NCBI GenBank assembly: GCA_020343595.1
Contig: CP070802.1
Location: forward strand, 228,435-292,434
Direction of reading: 5' to 3'
From: a candidate division WOR-3 bacterium
GTDB taxonomy: Bacteria > Hydrothermota > Tepidihabitantia > SM23-42
Length of the DNA stretch: 64,000 nt
Under the pieces are notes generated by a model that made no database searches, had not been told where the DNA came from, and worked only from the letters and a program-made list of their open reading frames with translations. The translations under genes and the position numbers were made by a program. Numbering within the stretch: position 1 is the stretch's first letter; each line of letters starts with the position of its first letter. Shown here one piece after another: positions 19,689 through 30,267 of the stretch.

Positions 19689-20471
19689 TCATTTCTTATC
19701 CCACTTTGGTTTTCGTTTCTCCAAGAACGCCTTCATACCTTCTTTTGCCTCTTCGGTGGAGAACAGTATACTGAATGCTTCGGTCTCGTATGAGTTGGCT
19801 GTTGTCAAATTGGTATCGACTCCCCGGTTAATGACTGTTTTTGAAAAACGCACGGCCGTAGGACCGACCTCCATGATCTTCTTCGCCATGCTCTCTGCTT
19901 CCTGGATGAGCGCCTCGGGTGCTACAACCTTATTCACGAGACCAACGCGAAGAGCCTCCTGGGCATCGATCATCTCTCCCGTGAATATCAACTCTTTAGC
20001 CTTTGCGATGCCAACAAGTCTCGCGAGCCGCTGCGTACCTGCATGCCCCGGGATTAGCCCCAATTTGACCTCGGGCTGACCGAATTTTGCCTTCTCGGAT
20101 GCAATCCTGATGTCGCACGCCATGGCAAGTTCACATCCGGAACCGAGTGCAAAGCCATTAACGGCGGCGATAACAGGCTTCTCCATATTCTCAATGAAAT
20201 TGAGTACACGTTGACCGATCTGACTGTACTCGCGCGCCTTAATAGAATCCATCTTTGCGAGTCGGGATATATCCGAACCAGAGACAAAGGCCTTGCCCTC
20301 CCCCGTAATAATAACGATCAGCACATCATTATCGTCATTGAACATGTGCATGGCCTTTTCCAGTTCGACAATTGCTTCAACATTGACAGCATTGTAGACA
20401 TCAGGTCGGTTTATCTTAGCATAACCAATCTTATCTTTCTTCTCAGCAACAATGAACTCAAACGACATCAA
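19689..20471 (-). CDS. Enoyl-CoA hydratase (crotonase family)
   Basis: 260 aa crotonase fold. Has GEGKAFVSGSDI and AAVNGFALGSGCELAMACD. Confidence 0.8.
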   Translation of the reverse strand: MMSFEFIVAEKKDKIGYAKINRPDVYNAVNVEAIVELEKAMHMFNDDNDVLIVIITGEGKAFVSGSDISRLAKMDSIKAREYSQIGQRVLNFIENMEKPVIAAVNGFALGSGCELAMACDIRIASEKAKFGQPEVKLGLIPGHAGTQRLARLVGIAKAKELIFTGEMIDAQEALRVGLVNKVVAPEALIQEAESMAKKIMEVGPTAVRFSKTVINRGVDTNLTTANSYETEAFSILFSTEEAKEGMKAFLEKRKPKWDKK

Positions 20472-21049
20472 TCCTCCTTTTTCATTTTGCTCGTCAATTC
20501 ACCTCGGACTACCATCTTAATGCAAGCCGTGGGACAAACATCGGTACATAAACCACAGCCGTAGCACTGATCAACGACAACGTTCAGTTCTCCGTCAACC
20601 ATACCACGTGCGCCAAAGTAGCAAACTTCTGCACACTCACCACAGTGAGTGCAATTATCAAAGTCAGTTGCCTCCCTGTACTTTCCTTTATCGCATTTTT
20701 CATCAGGATTCAAAAAATATCCGCAGCAGTCGTCGCAGCAGAAACAAATACCGGCGACCTTATTTCTATCATTGTCATCACGGAAAGGCCTTACCACGAG
20801 GTGTTTCTCCTTGGCTTCGGCAAAAAGATCAACCATGTCTTTTCTGCTGGCCTCACGCAGTGCCGAACCAGTTCCAGATTCGGGTTCATGTAAGAAAAGG
20901 CATACATCGATCCTGGAGCGAGCACACTCTCCTCTGTGCTCACGGCAACCACAGTTCGATAACCAGTATCTCTGGTTACTCTCGACAATCTGCCAGCCCT
21001 CGTCGCGGGTGGCTACATAGTGAATATTACCTTCGAGGTTTGAGCCCAC
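20468..21049 (-). CDS. Cys-rich 4Fe-4S ferredoxin-domain protein
   Basis: 193 aa. Two CxxCxxCxxxCP motifs (CTHCGECAEVC, CYGCGLCTDVCP) plus an unusual ICFCCDDCCGYF cluster. Confidence 0.55.
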   Translation of the reverse strand: MGSNLEGNIHYVATRDEGWQIVESNQRYWLSNCGCREHRGECARSRIDVCLFLHEPESGTGSALREASRKDMVDLFAEAKEKHLVVRPFRDDNDRNKVAGICFCCDDCCGYFLNPDEKCDKGKYREATDFDNCTHCGECAEVCYFGARGMVDGELNVVVDQCYGCGLCTDVCPTACIKMVVRGELTSKMKKED

Positions 21050-21871
21050 TCAAATCCCCATTTCCTTCTTCTTCCTGACGATGTCTTTCAACATGGACTT
21101 GAATCTCGGTCTTGTCTGCAAGACCCAATTCTCAAAATGCTCCTGGAGGCTCTTTCCGGTCCAGCGATGCCTATTCAGATCGCTGGCATCAAAATAATAC
21201 CCCCTATCAGTCAATCGAGCAGGAGTAAGACATATTGGGCAGCGGAATCGATCGCCGCCAATCCGTTCAAAAACTGAACTGTGATCTACTGGACACTTCT
21301 GTGCCACAGTCGAATCGAAAGGCTCATCCTTAAAATGCACAAGTTTATCGACGAGCACAGAAAGTCCTGCGATGCTCCCGTTAAGCAAGACCTCACCTGG
21401 CCCTGCCCCGTAGAGCACAGTGCTACCTGCGATACGTCTACCCACGGCGAGAAGCATCAGATTCGTGAAAGGTATCTGGAATTGATGCCAATCAGGCAGT
21501 GCCGCAACACCGATGCTTGCTCCTGGGCCGGCAACCTGTGTTTTCATATATCCAGCAATGGCCAGGTATCGATCCAGTAACATCTTCAACTTACCTGGAA
21601 TACCCAGCACATAAACCGGCGCAATGATCAGAAGCCGGTCTGCTTCCTTGATGATATCGAGCAATCTGTACAGGTCATCATCAATCCCGCATTTCTTGTT
21701 CTCCCCGATACACTGCAAACAACCACGGCACTGCTCCAGCCTGAAATTCTTCAGATGTGCAACCTCACCCGAATCCACACCTGACTTCAAAGCATACCGT
21801 ACAGAAAGACGTCCTATGATATCACTATTTCCGTTACGTCTTTCAGAAGCGACTATAGCGAGGAAATGCAT
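21050..21871 (-). CDS. Flavodoxin-like NAD(P)H-dependent FMN reductase (iron-sulfur flavoprotein-like) with C-terminal Zn-ribbon-like extension
   Basis: 273 aa. Has MHFLAIVASERRNGNS and LLIIAPVY, typical of NADPH-dependent FMN reductase. The C-terminus has CPVDH...CPICL. Confidence 0.55.
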   Translation of the reverse strand: MHFLAIVASERRNGNSDIIGRLSVRYALKSGVDSGEVAHLKNFRLEQCRGCLQCIGENKKCGIDDDLYRLLDIIKEADRLLIIAPVYVLGIPGKLKMLLDRYLAIAGYMKTQVAGPGASIGVAALPDWHQFQIPFTNLMLLAVGRRIAGSTVLYGAGPGEVLLNGSIAGLSVLVDKLVHFKDEPFDSTVAQKCPVDHSSVFERIGGDRFRCPICLTPARLTDRGYYFDASDLNRHRWTGKSLQEHFENWVLQTRPRFKSMLKDIVRKKKEMGI

Positions 21872-21888
21872 TACCCACCGGTTGTTGG

Positions 21889-22218
21889 TTATCTGTCCTC
21901 GCAGCCTGTATGGTCGTTGGTCATTTGTCTGCGGCCCTTAAACTTGTTCCACGCCTGGGCTAGCCTGTAGAGCTGACGTGCAGATATATCATAGGTATTC
22001 AGCAATTCATTGCATAAATCGACTTCAATCCTGTATATATCCTTGACATGCTCGAGACTCACTATCGTCTCGTTACACTCAGCCATCGCATCATCAATGT
22101 ACTTCTGAAATCCAGATCTCTGGTGTTTCTTGGCAAAACCCTCAGCGATCAAGCGCGGTATCGCTTTTGAAGATCTGCTGAGTTGGCTATTCAAATCGTA
22201 GCGCTCCTGGTCGGGCAA
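21889..22218 (-). CDS. Four-helix-bundle protein (the so-called 23S rRNA intervening-sequence protein family)
   Basis: 109 aa. LSRSSKAIPRLIAEGFAKK matches the conserved core of this family. Confidence 0.6.
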   Translation of the reverse strand: MPDQERYDLNSQLSRSSKAIPRLIAEGFAKKHQRSGFQKYIDDAMAECNETIVSLEHVKDIYRIEVDLCNELLNTYDISARQLYRLAQAWNKFKGRRQMTNDHTGCEDR

Positions 22219-22393
22219 TTTCGGGAGTATCTTGGTTGCGACAATTATGATGCTTGGTAGGTCTTCTGGTAAACTTCCAAATCCTTGAAACTCTTAATAC
22301 GCCTCTTGCTATTTTCATTCGTCTTTTTCATATAACAACCACCAAAAACAATACTGGCAGCAACACCAAACAACCATAGACAAAAACTATGAG

Positions 22394-22891
22394 TTATGGT
22401 GATTCGTCGATCTCCACGATCGACACAAATGCATCTACCTGTTCGCCTTCTTTGAAGTTGACACTCTTCACAATACCATCAACCGGCGAACGGAGTTCAT
22501 TCTGCATTTTCATGGCTTCGACGATCGCCACTGTATCACCGGGTTTAACCTTACTGCCGATCTTCACCGGCAGTTTGACAAGTAACCCCGGCATAGAAGA
22601 AGCAATGACATTGTCTTTTCGCTGTCCCGGCCCTTCTGAACCATATCGTGCACCGCTGCTCAACTCAAGAGTGTAGTATTCGCCTTCGAGCGAGATATAT
22701 ATTTTCTTTTTATCCCGCGCAAAAGGCATTCTGTAATTCTTGTTTTTTATCCTGAAGCTGATCGCGTTTTCGTGCATTGTCAATTCTCTAACCTTGAAAC
22801 GCCGGTCACCTATTGTCACGATTATTTCGTCTTCGCCCTTTTGGACATCAGCGGCATATGCTTTATTCAAACACAGAAAGTTATATTTCAT
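22394..22891 (-). CDS. Biotin carboxyl carrier protein: a stand-alone C-terminal piece of an acyl-CoA carboxylase alpha subunit
   Basis: 165 aa. Biotinyl domain with EAMKMQNEL, preceded by a BT-like linker region of about 90 aa. Confidence 0.75.
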   Translation of the reverse strand: MKYNFLCLNKAYAADVQKGEDEIIVTIGDRRFKVRELTMHENAISFRIKNKNYRMPFARDKKKIYISLEGEYYTLELSSGARYGSEGPGQRKDNVIASSMPGLLVKLPVKIGSKVKPGDTVAIVEAMKMQNELRSPVDGIVKSVNFKEGEQVDAFVSIVEIDESP

Positions 22892-22897
22892 ATGGCG

Positions 22898-24409
22898 TTA
22901 TTCATGAATATCTCTGCACACTTCCCAATCTCCGATCTCATGCCAAGGTGTTGTCGACCGTAATATTTCATCTTCCTGCCGCAGGATTCTCTCCCCGTTC
23001 CTTCCTGTCATGGCTATCAGTGAAGCCGCGGTTATTGCGGCATGAATACTGTCATCGGACATACGCAGATCCGCCTCATTATCATCAATGAAATGAGTAT
23101 GGTAATCGCCCGCAGTGAATTTTGGTGTCAACATGATACGTCTCAGGTAACCAAGATTTGTTTTGATCCCCAGTATCACATAGTAACTCAGTGCATCGGA
23201 CATTCGATTAATCGCCGACTCGCGGTCCTCTGCCCATGCTATCAACTTCGACAATATCGGATCATAGTGCGGTGGAACATCCCATCCCTGGAATATTCCA
23301 GAATCAATCCTCACACCCGGACCGTTCGGTTCATCCAGATATAGTATCTTCCCGGGAGAAGGCAAGAAACCGTTCTCTGGATCTTCAGCATAAATCCTCG
23401 CTTCGATCGCATGGCCGCGCTGCTCGACCGCGTCTTGCTGAAAACCTATCTCCACCCCAGCTGCGATCATTATTTGCTGGCGGACAAGGTCAATTCCCGT
23501 CACCATCTCGGTAATTGGATGTTCAACCTGCACCCGGGCATTCACTTCAAGAAAGTAAAAATTGTGGGTCTCATCGAGCAGGAATTCTACGGTACCAGCG
23601 TTGGTATAATCCGATGCCTCGATGACCCTCTTCGCTGCTTCGCCCATACGCTGACGCAAATCCACATCGAGCGCAGTCGAAGGAGTTTCCTCTACTATCT
23701 TTTGATGGCGTCTCTGTATCGAGCATTCCCGCTCGAACAGATGCACCGTATTTCCATGTTTGTCCCTCAACACCTGAAATTCGATGTGACGTGGCCTTTC
23801 GATATATTTCTCGAGATAGACAGTCTCATCGCCGAATGCGCTCTTTGCCTCTCGCTGCCCGGCTTCAATGCTGTTCTGAAGCTCTTTCTCGGTGCGAACG
23901 ATACGCATGCCTTTGCCACCACCGCCCATCGAAGCTTTGACAATCACCGGGTATCCCACCTCAGCGGCAATATTCTTGAAGGAAGCATAGCCCTTTTTTG
24001 CAATTTGCATACCCGGTATAATTGGAACACCCACCTTCGTAACGGTATTGCGCGACGCAACCTTATCGCCGACCAGTGCAAGTGCCTTCGAGCCGGGACC
24101 TATAAAGATAATACCACTATCTTCGCATGCCCTTGCAAATTTTGGATTCTCGGCAAGAAAGCCATATCCTGGGTGTATCGCGTCTGCATTTGAGGCTTTC
24201 GCCAGATCGATAATCGCTTGGATATTCAAATAACTGGACTGAGGAGGAGGATCCCCCACGAGATACGTTTCTTCCATATACCGCAGATGCTTGGAATTCT
24301 CATCCGCACTTGAGTATATTCCAACCGGGCAGATACCGAGTTCCCTGCATGCCCTGGCTACCCTGATAGCAATTTCGCCACGATTCGCAATTAATATCTT
24401 CTTAAACAT
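22898..24409 (-). CDS. Biotin carboxylase subunit of an acyl-CoA carboxylase (candidate methylcrotonyl-CoA carboxylase alpha, split form)
   Basis: 503 aa. N-terminus KILIANRGEIAIRV, an ATP-grasp domain, and GGGGKGMRIV. Confidence 0.9.
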   Translation of the reverse strand: MFKKILIANRGEIAIRVARACRELGICPVGIYSSADENSKHLRYMEETYLVGDPPPQSSYLNIQAIIDLAKASNADAIHPGYGFLAENPKFARACEDSGIIFIGPGSKALALVGDKVASRNTVTKVGVPIIPGMQIAKKGYASFKNIAAEVGYPVIVKASMGGGGKGMRIVRTEKELQNSIEAGQREAKSAFGDETVYLEKYIERPRHIEFQVLRDKHGNTVHLFERECSIQRRHQKIVEETPSTALDVDLRQRMGEAAKRVIEASDYTNAGTVEFLLDETHNFYFLEVNARVQVEHPITEMVTGIDLVRQQIMIAAGVEIGFQQDAVEQRGHAIEARIYAEDPENGFLPSPGKILYLDEPNGPGVRIDSGIFQGWDVPPHYDPILSKLIAWAEDRESAINRMSDALSYYVILGIKTNLGYLRRIMLTPKFTAGDYHTHFIDDNEADLRMSDDSIHAAITAASLIAMTGRNGERILRQEDEILRSTTPWHEIGDWEVCRDIHE

Positions 24410-24486
24410 CTTTTCTCCGAAAAAAATAGATTCAAACGGATTCGATCAGATTCAACGGAATAACGATCAGTTTGCATCGACATTCA

Positions 24487-25287
24487 TCAGCCTGAATCTG
24501 AATCCCATCTGGGTTTACGTTTTTCCAAAAATGCTGCCATGCCTTCCTGGCCTTCCTCAGAGACGCGTATTTGCGCAATGACCTCGGCCGTATACCTCTT
24601 TACCTCATCGTATGACATTTGAGGAACCTTGCGCAGCAGTTCCTTACACGTTGTTATGGCGCTTGGTCCGCTGGAGATTAGTTGCGTCAGGTATTGATCG
24701 ACCAGCGCATCAAGCGTCTCGAGTTCGGTCACGGCATTGACCAGTCCGGCGGTCAGGGCTTTTTCTGCAGAAAGCCTTTCTCCGGTCAGAAAAAATTCAC
24801 GGCATTTGCCCTCGCCACATTTCTTCACGACATACGGCGATATACAGGCCGGTATTAAACCGAGTTTGACCTCACTGAAACTAAACTTGGCACTGCGCGC
24901 TGCAACTGCAATATCGCAGACAGCTACAAGCCCTGTGCCACCACCTATCGCCGCGCCATTGACTCGAGCGATTGTCGGTTTTGGACACGAATATGCCTTG
25001 TATAGCATATCAGACAGTTCAAGTGATTCTTTCAAGTTGTCGTCATATGAATAGTCCTTGACTCGACGCATCCAATTCAAGTCAGCACCGGCACAGAATG
25101 ACTTACCCTCGCCGGTCAGGACGACTGCACGCACCTCTGTTTGTGCCGCCAGACGGTCAAAGGTCTCTGCCAGTTCGCCGATCATTACGTCATCGAAGGC
25201 ATTATGCACTTCGGGACGGTTGAATGTCACCACAGCAACATTCTCTTTCACTTCATAGCGTATTGTTTTGAATTCTTTTTCCTGCAT
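24487..25287 (-). CDS. Enoyl-CoA hydratase/isomerase family protein (candidate methylglutaconyl-CoA hydratase)
   Basis: 266 aa crotonase fold (GEGKSFCAGADL, VNGAAIGGG). The function is inferred from the adjacent carboxylase genes. Confidence 0.7.
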   Translation of the reverse strand: MQEKEFKTIRYEVKENVAVVTFNRPEVHNAFDDVMIGELAETFDRLAAQTEVRAVVLTGEGKSFCAGADLNWMRRVKDYSYDDNLKESLELSDMLYKAYSCPKPTIARVNGAAIGGGTGLVAVCDIAVAARSAKFSFSEVKLGLIPACISPYVVKKCGEGKCREFFLTGERLSAEKALTAGLVNAVTELETLDALVDQYLTQLISSGPSAITTCKELLRKVPQMSYDEVKRYTAEVIAQIRVSEEGQEGMAAFLEKRKPRWDSDSG

Positions 25288-25324
25288 GACAAGTACCTCT
25301 AGATATCAAACAAAGAGCGTATTA

Positions 25325-25672
25325 CTAACCGGCTTCTCCCTTTGTCTTGGTAATTACAGGTTCTATCAGCAATACCCAGGCCGGTTTTTTGGCGCGTGAA
25401 CGATGCCTAGTGCCCTTCTTCACGAGGAATCCTTCGTTCTCCCTGATCTCGGTGGAACCCTTCTCCGTATCAATGTATATCTTACCTTTTAGCACGAAGA
25501 AAAACTCGTCCTCATTGAGATGCATGTGCCATTCATACGCACCGTCGATCTTTGCGACTCGTAGTGCGGTATCATGGACATGCAGTATATCCCTGGGTTG
25601 CCAAGGCTCCTTGATCTCCTTGATGATCTTCCTTAGACTGATCTTCGCCACACTACCCCCTTTTTGCAACAA
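25325..25672 (-). CDS. Cupin domain protein
   Basis: 115 aa with a cupin metal-binding motif (HVHDTALRV...WHMHLNEDEFFFVLKG). Confidence 0.6.
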   Translation of the reverse strand: MLQKGGSVAKISLRKIIKEIKEPWQPRDILHVHDTALRVAKIDGAYEWHMHLNEDEFFFVLKGKIYIDTEKGSTEIRENEGFLVKKGTRHRSRAKKPAWVLLIEPVITKTKGEAG

Positions 25673-25766
25673 ACATCCAAAAATCCAAAATTACTAAATA
25701 CCTAAACCTGATGGGTTTTTAGGTATATAGGAATTTAGGCATTTAGGTATTTGGAAATTCATCGGA
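25673..25766. repeat. Intergenic TTTAGGYA / TRCCTAAA repeat element (family A), copy 1
   Basis: CTAAATACCTAAACC on the left. TTTTTAGGTATATAGGAATTTAGGCATTTAGGTATTTGG on the right, as tandem 8 bp units. Lies upstream of the cupin gene. Confidence 0.6.
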
Positions 25767-27374
25767 TTACATTCTGAATACGCCGAATTTGTGGTCGGGA
25801 ATCGGCGCATTAAGCGACATAGAAATTGCCAGGCCCAATATTACTCTCGTGTCTTTGGGGTCGATTATACCATCATCCCAGAGCCGAGCCGTCGAATAGT
25901 ATGCACTCGATTCATAATCGTACTTTGCCAATATCGGTTTTCTGATCTCCTCGATCTCCTTTTTCGTTGGTTTCCTTCCTTCTTTTATCAACGACCGGAC
26001 TTTAATATCGGTCAACACGCCTGCCGCCTGCTCACCGCCCATGACACAAATCCTTGCTGTAGGCCACATCCAGAGCAACCGAGGATCATATGCACGACCG
26101 CACATGCCGTAGTTACCGGCACCGTAGGAATTACCGATGATAATCGTGAACTTCGGCACCTGGGCATTTGCCACAGCATGTATCAATTTCGCGCCATCCT
26201 TGGCAATACCCCCATGCTCATAACGCTTACCGACAATAAACCCTGTGATATTCTGAAGAAAGAGAATCGGAATTTTCCTAACCGCGCACATCGAGACGAA
26301 ATGCGCTCCCTTCTGTGAAGACTCAGAAAATAACACACCGTTGTTGGCAAGAATACCGACCGGATATCCCATGATCCTGGCGAAGCCGCATACCAAAGTT
26401 GTGCCGTAGAGTGATTTGAATTCGTGAAACTCGCTGCCGTCAACGATGCGAGCTATTATCTCACGCACATCAAACGGCTTCCTCAGATCGCTCGGGATAA
26501 TACCGTAAAGCTCAGAAGGATCGTAAGCAGGTTCCACCGGTCTTGAGCGGTCGAGAGGATATTTCTCTGATTTCGCCAGGTTTTCCATGATGTTTCTCGT
26601 CATTTCCAGAGCATGCTCATCATTGACCGCGAAGTGATCGGCAACTCCTGAGATACGGCAGTGAACATCGGCGCCTCCCAAATCCTCTTCGCTGACGACT
26701 TCTCCCGTTGCCGCCTTTACCAGAGGCGGTCCGCCAATGTATATCGTGCCTACGCCCTTGACGATCACCACCTCGTCGCTCATCGCAGGCTGGTAGGCAC
26801 CGCCGGCCGTGCAGAAACCAAGCACTACTGAAATCTGAGGTATGTTATCGGCCGACATACGTGCTTGATTGAAGAATATTCTTCCGAAGTGATATCTATC
26901 GGGGAACGTACCGACCTGGAGCGGAAGGAATATCCCACCCGAATCAACGAGGTAGATGCACGGCAGTCGATTCTCAATGGCGATCTCCTGGGCGCGGATA
27001 TGCTTCTTGATCGTCTCAGGAATATAGGTACCGCCTTTCACTGTCGCATCATGCGCAACAACCATCACCTCACGGTCATGGACAACGCCAATACCAGTGA
27101 TGATCGCAGCTGAGGGATGTTCATTCTTATACATATCCCATGCCGCAAGGTTGCTCAGTTCGAGAAACGGAGTATTAGGGTCGAATAACTGCTTGAGCCT
27201 GTCACGGACAAACAACTTACCCCGTTCTGCATGCTTTTTGTGCATATAATCAGGACCGCCTTCTCTCACCTTTACGAGACGCTCCTTCAGAGTGCGTACA
27301 GCTTCTTCCATAACAGATCTATTCTTCTTAAAATCTGCGCTCTGCGTACTTATCTTCGACTCAATTTTATACAT
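25767..27374 (-). CDS. Acyl-CoA carboxylase carboxyltransferase subunit (methylcrotonyl-CoA carboxylase beta-like)
   Basis: 535 aa. The N-terminus, with [28 protein letters not shown], resembles MCCase beta / geranyl-CoA carboxylase beta. Two crotonase-like carboxyltransferase domains. Confidence 0.8.
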   Translation of the reverse strand: MYKIESKISTQSADFKKNRSVMEEAVRTLKERLVKVREGGPDYMHKKHAERGKLFVRDRLKQLFDPNTPFLELSNLAAWDMYKNEHPSAAIITGIGVVHDREVMVVAHDATVKGGTYIPETIKKHIRAQEIAIENRLPCIYLVDSGGIFLPLQVGTFPDRYHFGRIFFNQARMSADNIPQISVVLGFCTAGGAYQPAMSDEVVIVKGVGTIYIGGPPLVKAATGEVVSEEDLGGADVHCRISGVADHFAVNDEHALEMTRNIMENLAKSEKYPLDRSRPVEPAYDPSELYGIIPSDLRKPFDVREIIARIVDGSEFHEFKSLYGTTLVCGFARIMGYPVGILANNGVLFSESSQKGAHFVSMCAVRKIPILFLQNITGFIVGKRYEHGGIAKDGAKLIHAVANAQVPKFTIIIGNSYGAGNYGMCGRAYDPRLLWMWPTARICVMGGEQAAGVLTDIKVRSLIKEGRKPTKKEIEEIRKPILAKYDYESSAYYSTARLWDDGIIDPKDTRVILGLAISMSLNAPIPDHKFGVFRM

Positions 27375-27516
27375 AAATCACTTAAAGGATCCGGGTTACG
27401 CTGGACGGTTACGAAGCCCGTTTCGTTCGACGGTTACGTCTGCACATCAGTCACAACGTTACCGCGATCCGACAAACGATACGGGCATCGTTGCCTTAAA
27501 CCGTGCAACGTTGCCT
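27375..27516. repeat. GC-rich intergenic repeat element (family B), copy 1
   Basis: Shares ACGAAGCCCGTTtCGT.cGACGG, ACGGTTACG and ACGGGCATCGTTGCC blocks with 33394..33534. Contains small hairpins (AACGAT-ACGGGC-ATCGTT). Lies in the 5' region of the carboxyltransferase gene. Confidence 0.6.
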
Positions 27517-27903
27517 TCATATTAGTATTGCCTTATATCCGTAGCATATGATGCCAGTGTGTCCTTCGGTGTATAGTTTTCGGAAAACAAATTTCACTTT
27601 CTTACCGATCTCGAGTTCGTTCGGTTTGCAATCAACAACCTGTGTCGTGACTCTGACGCCGTTATCAGATTCAACAATGGCCACGCTATAGGGCACTTCC
27701 GTCTCAAAATCCTTTGGAGCAACTCGGATTGTCGTGAAGGTCAGTATCTTTCCATAGTCTGAAACCTTTTCTCCCTTGAAGTCTCGGGATCCGCAATTGC
27801 AGACCATACGCGGCGGAAAAGCAACGCGGCCACAGCCACTGCATTTTGCAGCCTCAAGTCGATATCTCTGAGGCATTTCTCTATGATATCTTGGTGATGG
27901 CAT
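27517..27903 (-). CDS. DUF35 Zn-ribbon / OB-fold protein (partner of archaeal-type thiolase and HMG-CoA synthase)
   Basis: 128 aa. Zn ribbon CSGCGRVAFPPRMVCNCGS followed by an OB fold. It lies directly upstream of the thiolase and HMGCS genes. Confidence 0.75.
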   Translation of the reverse strand: MPSPRYHREMPQRYRLEAAKCSGCGRVAFPPRMVCNCGSRDFKGEKVSDYGKILTFTTIRVAPKDFETEVPYSVAIVESDNGVRVTTQVVDCKPNELEIGKKVKFVFRKLYTEGHTGIICYGYKAILI

Positions 27904-28037
27904 TAAACCTCCTAAACAAAGAATAAATTCCTAAATCCGTCCGAGACGGACCAAAATACCTAAATTCCTAAACCTGCTTTAGGCATTTGTAAAAACGTGA
28001 TGTACTGATTCCTGTATCCACTAACCATTTAGGTATT
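27904..28037. repeat. Family A repeat element, copy 2 (with hairpin core)
   Basis: AAATTCCTAAATCC-GTCCGAGACGGAC-CAAAATACCTAAATTCCTAAACC, then CTTTAGGCATTTG ... CATTTAGGTATTTTAGGCATTTG. Lies upstream of the DUF35 gene. Confidence 0.65.
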
Positions 28038-29186
28038 TTAGGCATTTGTAAATATATGTACTACCGACGAGGCACCTGAACCACCCATATTCTGTGTTAA
28101 ACCGATTTTTGCGTTCTTGACCTGACGTTTTTCAGCCTCGCCGCGCAGTTGTTCAACGACTTCCACAACCTGTGCGACTCCAGTAGCACCGACCGGATGT
28201 CCTTTCGATTTCAGCCCGCCCGATGGATTAACCGGAATTTTGCCAGTCAACGAAGTATGGCCTTGTTCAGTGAACAAACCGCCCTTTCCTTTGTCAACAA
28301 AACCGAGTTCCTCGATAATGCATATCTCTGCGATCGAGAAGCAATCATGTACTTCGGCAAGGTCTATGTCCGACGGTTTGAGACCAGCCATCTTGTATGC
28401 CGCTTCAGCCGATTGTTTGACAGATCCGAGTGTGGTAATATCCTCACGCGCATGGAGAGCAAGCGTATCTGTGGCCGCGCCAGTGCCAATCACTTTCACG
28501 GCGGGCTTATTCACTTTCTTAGCGATGTCCATCGATGCCAGAAGCACACACGCCGCACCGTCTGAAACAGGAGAACTGTCGAGTACGGTAAGCGGGTCTG
28601 CCACCATCGTTGCCTTGATGACTTGGTCTACCGTAACTTCACCCCTGAACTGTGCGTTCGGATTGAGCGCACCGTTGTGGTGATTTTTTACCGAGACCAT
28701 AGCAAGCTGCTGCCTCGTTGTACCATATTTATGCATATGTGCCCTGGCGATCATTGCATACAAACCCGGGAACGTTACACCGTGGTAAACTTCATATTCT
28801 TGGTCAGCGGCTGTAGCCAGCGCGTATGTGACATCTGCACCATCGGTCATTTTTTCCACACCGCCAACCAGTACTACATCACTATGACCGGAAGCCACCT
28901 CAAATAGACCAAGGCGGAATGCCATGCCGCCCGAGCAGCAAGCTGATTCAACTCTCACCGCAGGTATTTGAGGTGTTCCGAGATAATCTGCCATCAATGC
29001 CCCGACGTGTTCCTGCCCCACGAAGAGACCAGGAGTCATAGAACCAACATACATCGATGAAATACGGTCAACACCTGCATCATCGATAGCTTTCAGCGCC
29101 GCTTCTACGAAAATATCTCTTAGAGACTTTTTCCATAGTTCACCGAATTTCGTCATACCACAACCAATTACCGCAACCTCACGCAT
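28038..29186 (-). CDS. Acetyl-CoA C-acetyltransferase (thiolase, archaeal type)
   Basis: 382 aa. N-terminus [13 protein letters not shown], and C-terminal GHPVGATG and HDCFS motifs. Confidence 0.85.
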   Translation of the reverse strand: MREVAVIGCGMTKFGELWKKSLRDIFVEAALKAIDDAGVDRISSMYVGSMTPGLFVGQEHVGALMADYLGTPQIPAVRVESACCSGGMAFRLGLFEVASGHSDVVLVGGVEKMTDGADVTYALATAADQEYEVYHGVTFPGLYAMIARAHMHKYGTTRQQLAMVSVKNHHNGALNPNAQFRGEVTVDQVIKATMVADPLTVLDSSPVSDGAACVLLASMDIAKKVNKPAVKVIGTGAATDTLALHAREDITTLGSVKQSAEAAYKMAGLKPSDIDLAEVHDCFSIAEICIIEELGFVDKGKGGLFTEQGHTSLTGKIPVNPSGGLKSKGHPVGATGVAQVVEVVEQLRGEAEKRQVKNAKIGLTQNMGGSGASSVVHIFTNA

Positions 29187-29220
29187 ATCTTACCCCCTTT
29201 GAACACTGAATTCAGTGTAA

Positions 29221-30267
29221 TCAGTCATTCATTATGATCTTACCACGGAATTTGGCATAATGACCGTAGTCCAAGTAGATACGATTCGTTTCCAGCATAT
29301 CTCTCACCTTGTCAGCTTTGTCCCGTACTTCATCTATTCTTTCAGTAACCTTGAAAATAAACGCATCACTACCGGCACCAGAACCGAATGACACAAGAAG
29401 GATCATGTCGCCTTTCTTTGCAATATCGAGCGTTGCCGAAAAGCCTGTTGGTGAAGAACCTGAATATGTATTACCCATGAGTGGGACTACCCAACCCGGT
29501 TCGAGTTGTTCCCGCTTGAAACCAAGTTTCTTGCCGACGGTCAAAGGGAATTTTCCATTTGGCATGTGAAAGACGGCGTAATTGAAATCAGAGGCTTTTA
29601 ATCCGCTCTTCTTTAGGATCCCTTCACCCGCACCCAATATATGCTTGAAATATGCAGGCTGTCCAGTGAATCGTCCACCGTGCAAGGGATAGAAAGCTCC
29701 CTCGCGGCGCCAGAAATCAGGCGTATCGGTCGTATAAGAGTAAGTGTGCAGCAGTTCAGCAACGATCTTGTCTTTACCGAATATGAAGGCTGACCCGCCT
29801 GCGGATGCGCTGAACTCAAGAGCATCGCCCGGGGCGCCTTGCGATGTATCAGCACCAATCGCCAGTGCATACTTCATCTGATCTGCGCTGACAAGGCTGA
29901 AGGCTACGAACATAGCCTCGGTACCTGCCTTGCAGGCAAATTCATAGTCAGCAATATGCACCTCCGGTACAACACCAAGGGCTTCGGCGACGACCGTACC
30001 GGACGGCTTCACTGCGTATGGATGAGACTCCGAACCAATATATACTGCGCCGATATCCGCTGGATCGATCTCAGCCCGACGCAGTGCATTTCTGGCAGCC
30101 TCTACCGATATCGTGATCGTATCTTCGTCAAGAGCCGGGACTGTTTTCTCCTTCAGCAATAGACCTCTGCGTACTGCTTCTGCATCACGACCCCATTGCT
30201 TGGCGATCTCATCAACCTTTATTCTGTACCTTGGCAGGTAAGAACCATATCCAACAATACCAACCAT
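29221..30267 (-). CDS. Hydroxymethylglutaryl-CoA synthase (archaeal type)
   Basis: About 348 aa. Starts [22 protein letters not shown], which matches the archaeal HMGCS N-terminus. ATG at 30267 with a GGAAGGAGG RBS. The track ORF extends to a TTG at 30303. Confidence 0.8.
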   Translation of the reverse strand: MVGIVGYGSYLPRYRIKVDEIAKQWGRDAEAVRRGLLLKEKTVPALDEDTITISVEAARNALRRAEIDPADIGAVYIGSESHPYAVKPSGTVVAEALGVVPEVHIADYEFACKAGTEAMFVAFSLVSADQMKYALAIGADTSQGAPGDALEFSASAGGSAFIFGKDKIVAELLHTYSYTTDTPDFWRREGAFYPLHGGRFTGQPAYFKHILGAGEGILKKSGLKASDFNYAVFHMPNGKFPLTVGKKLGFKREQLEPGWVVPLMGNTYSGSSPTGFSATLDIAKKGDMILLVSFGSGAGSDAFIFKVTERIDEVRDKADKVRDMLETNRIYLDYGHYAKFRGKIIMND

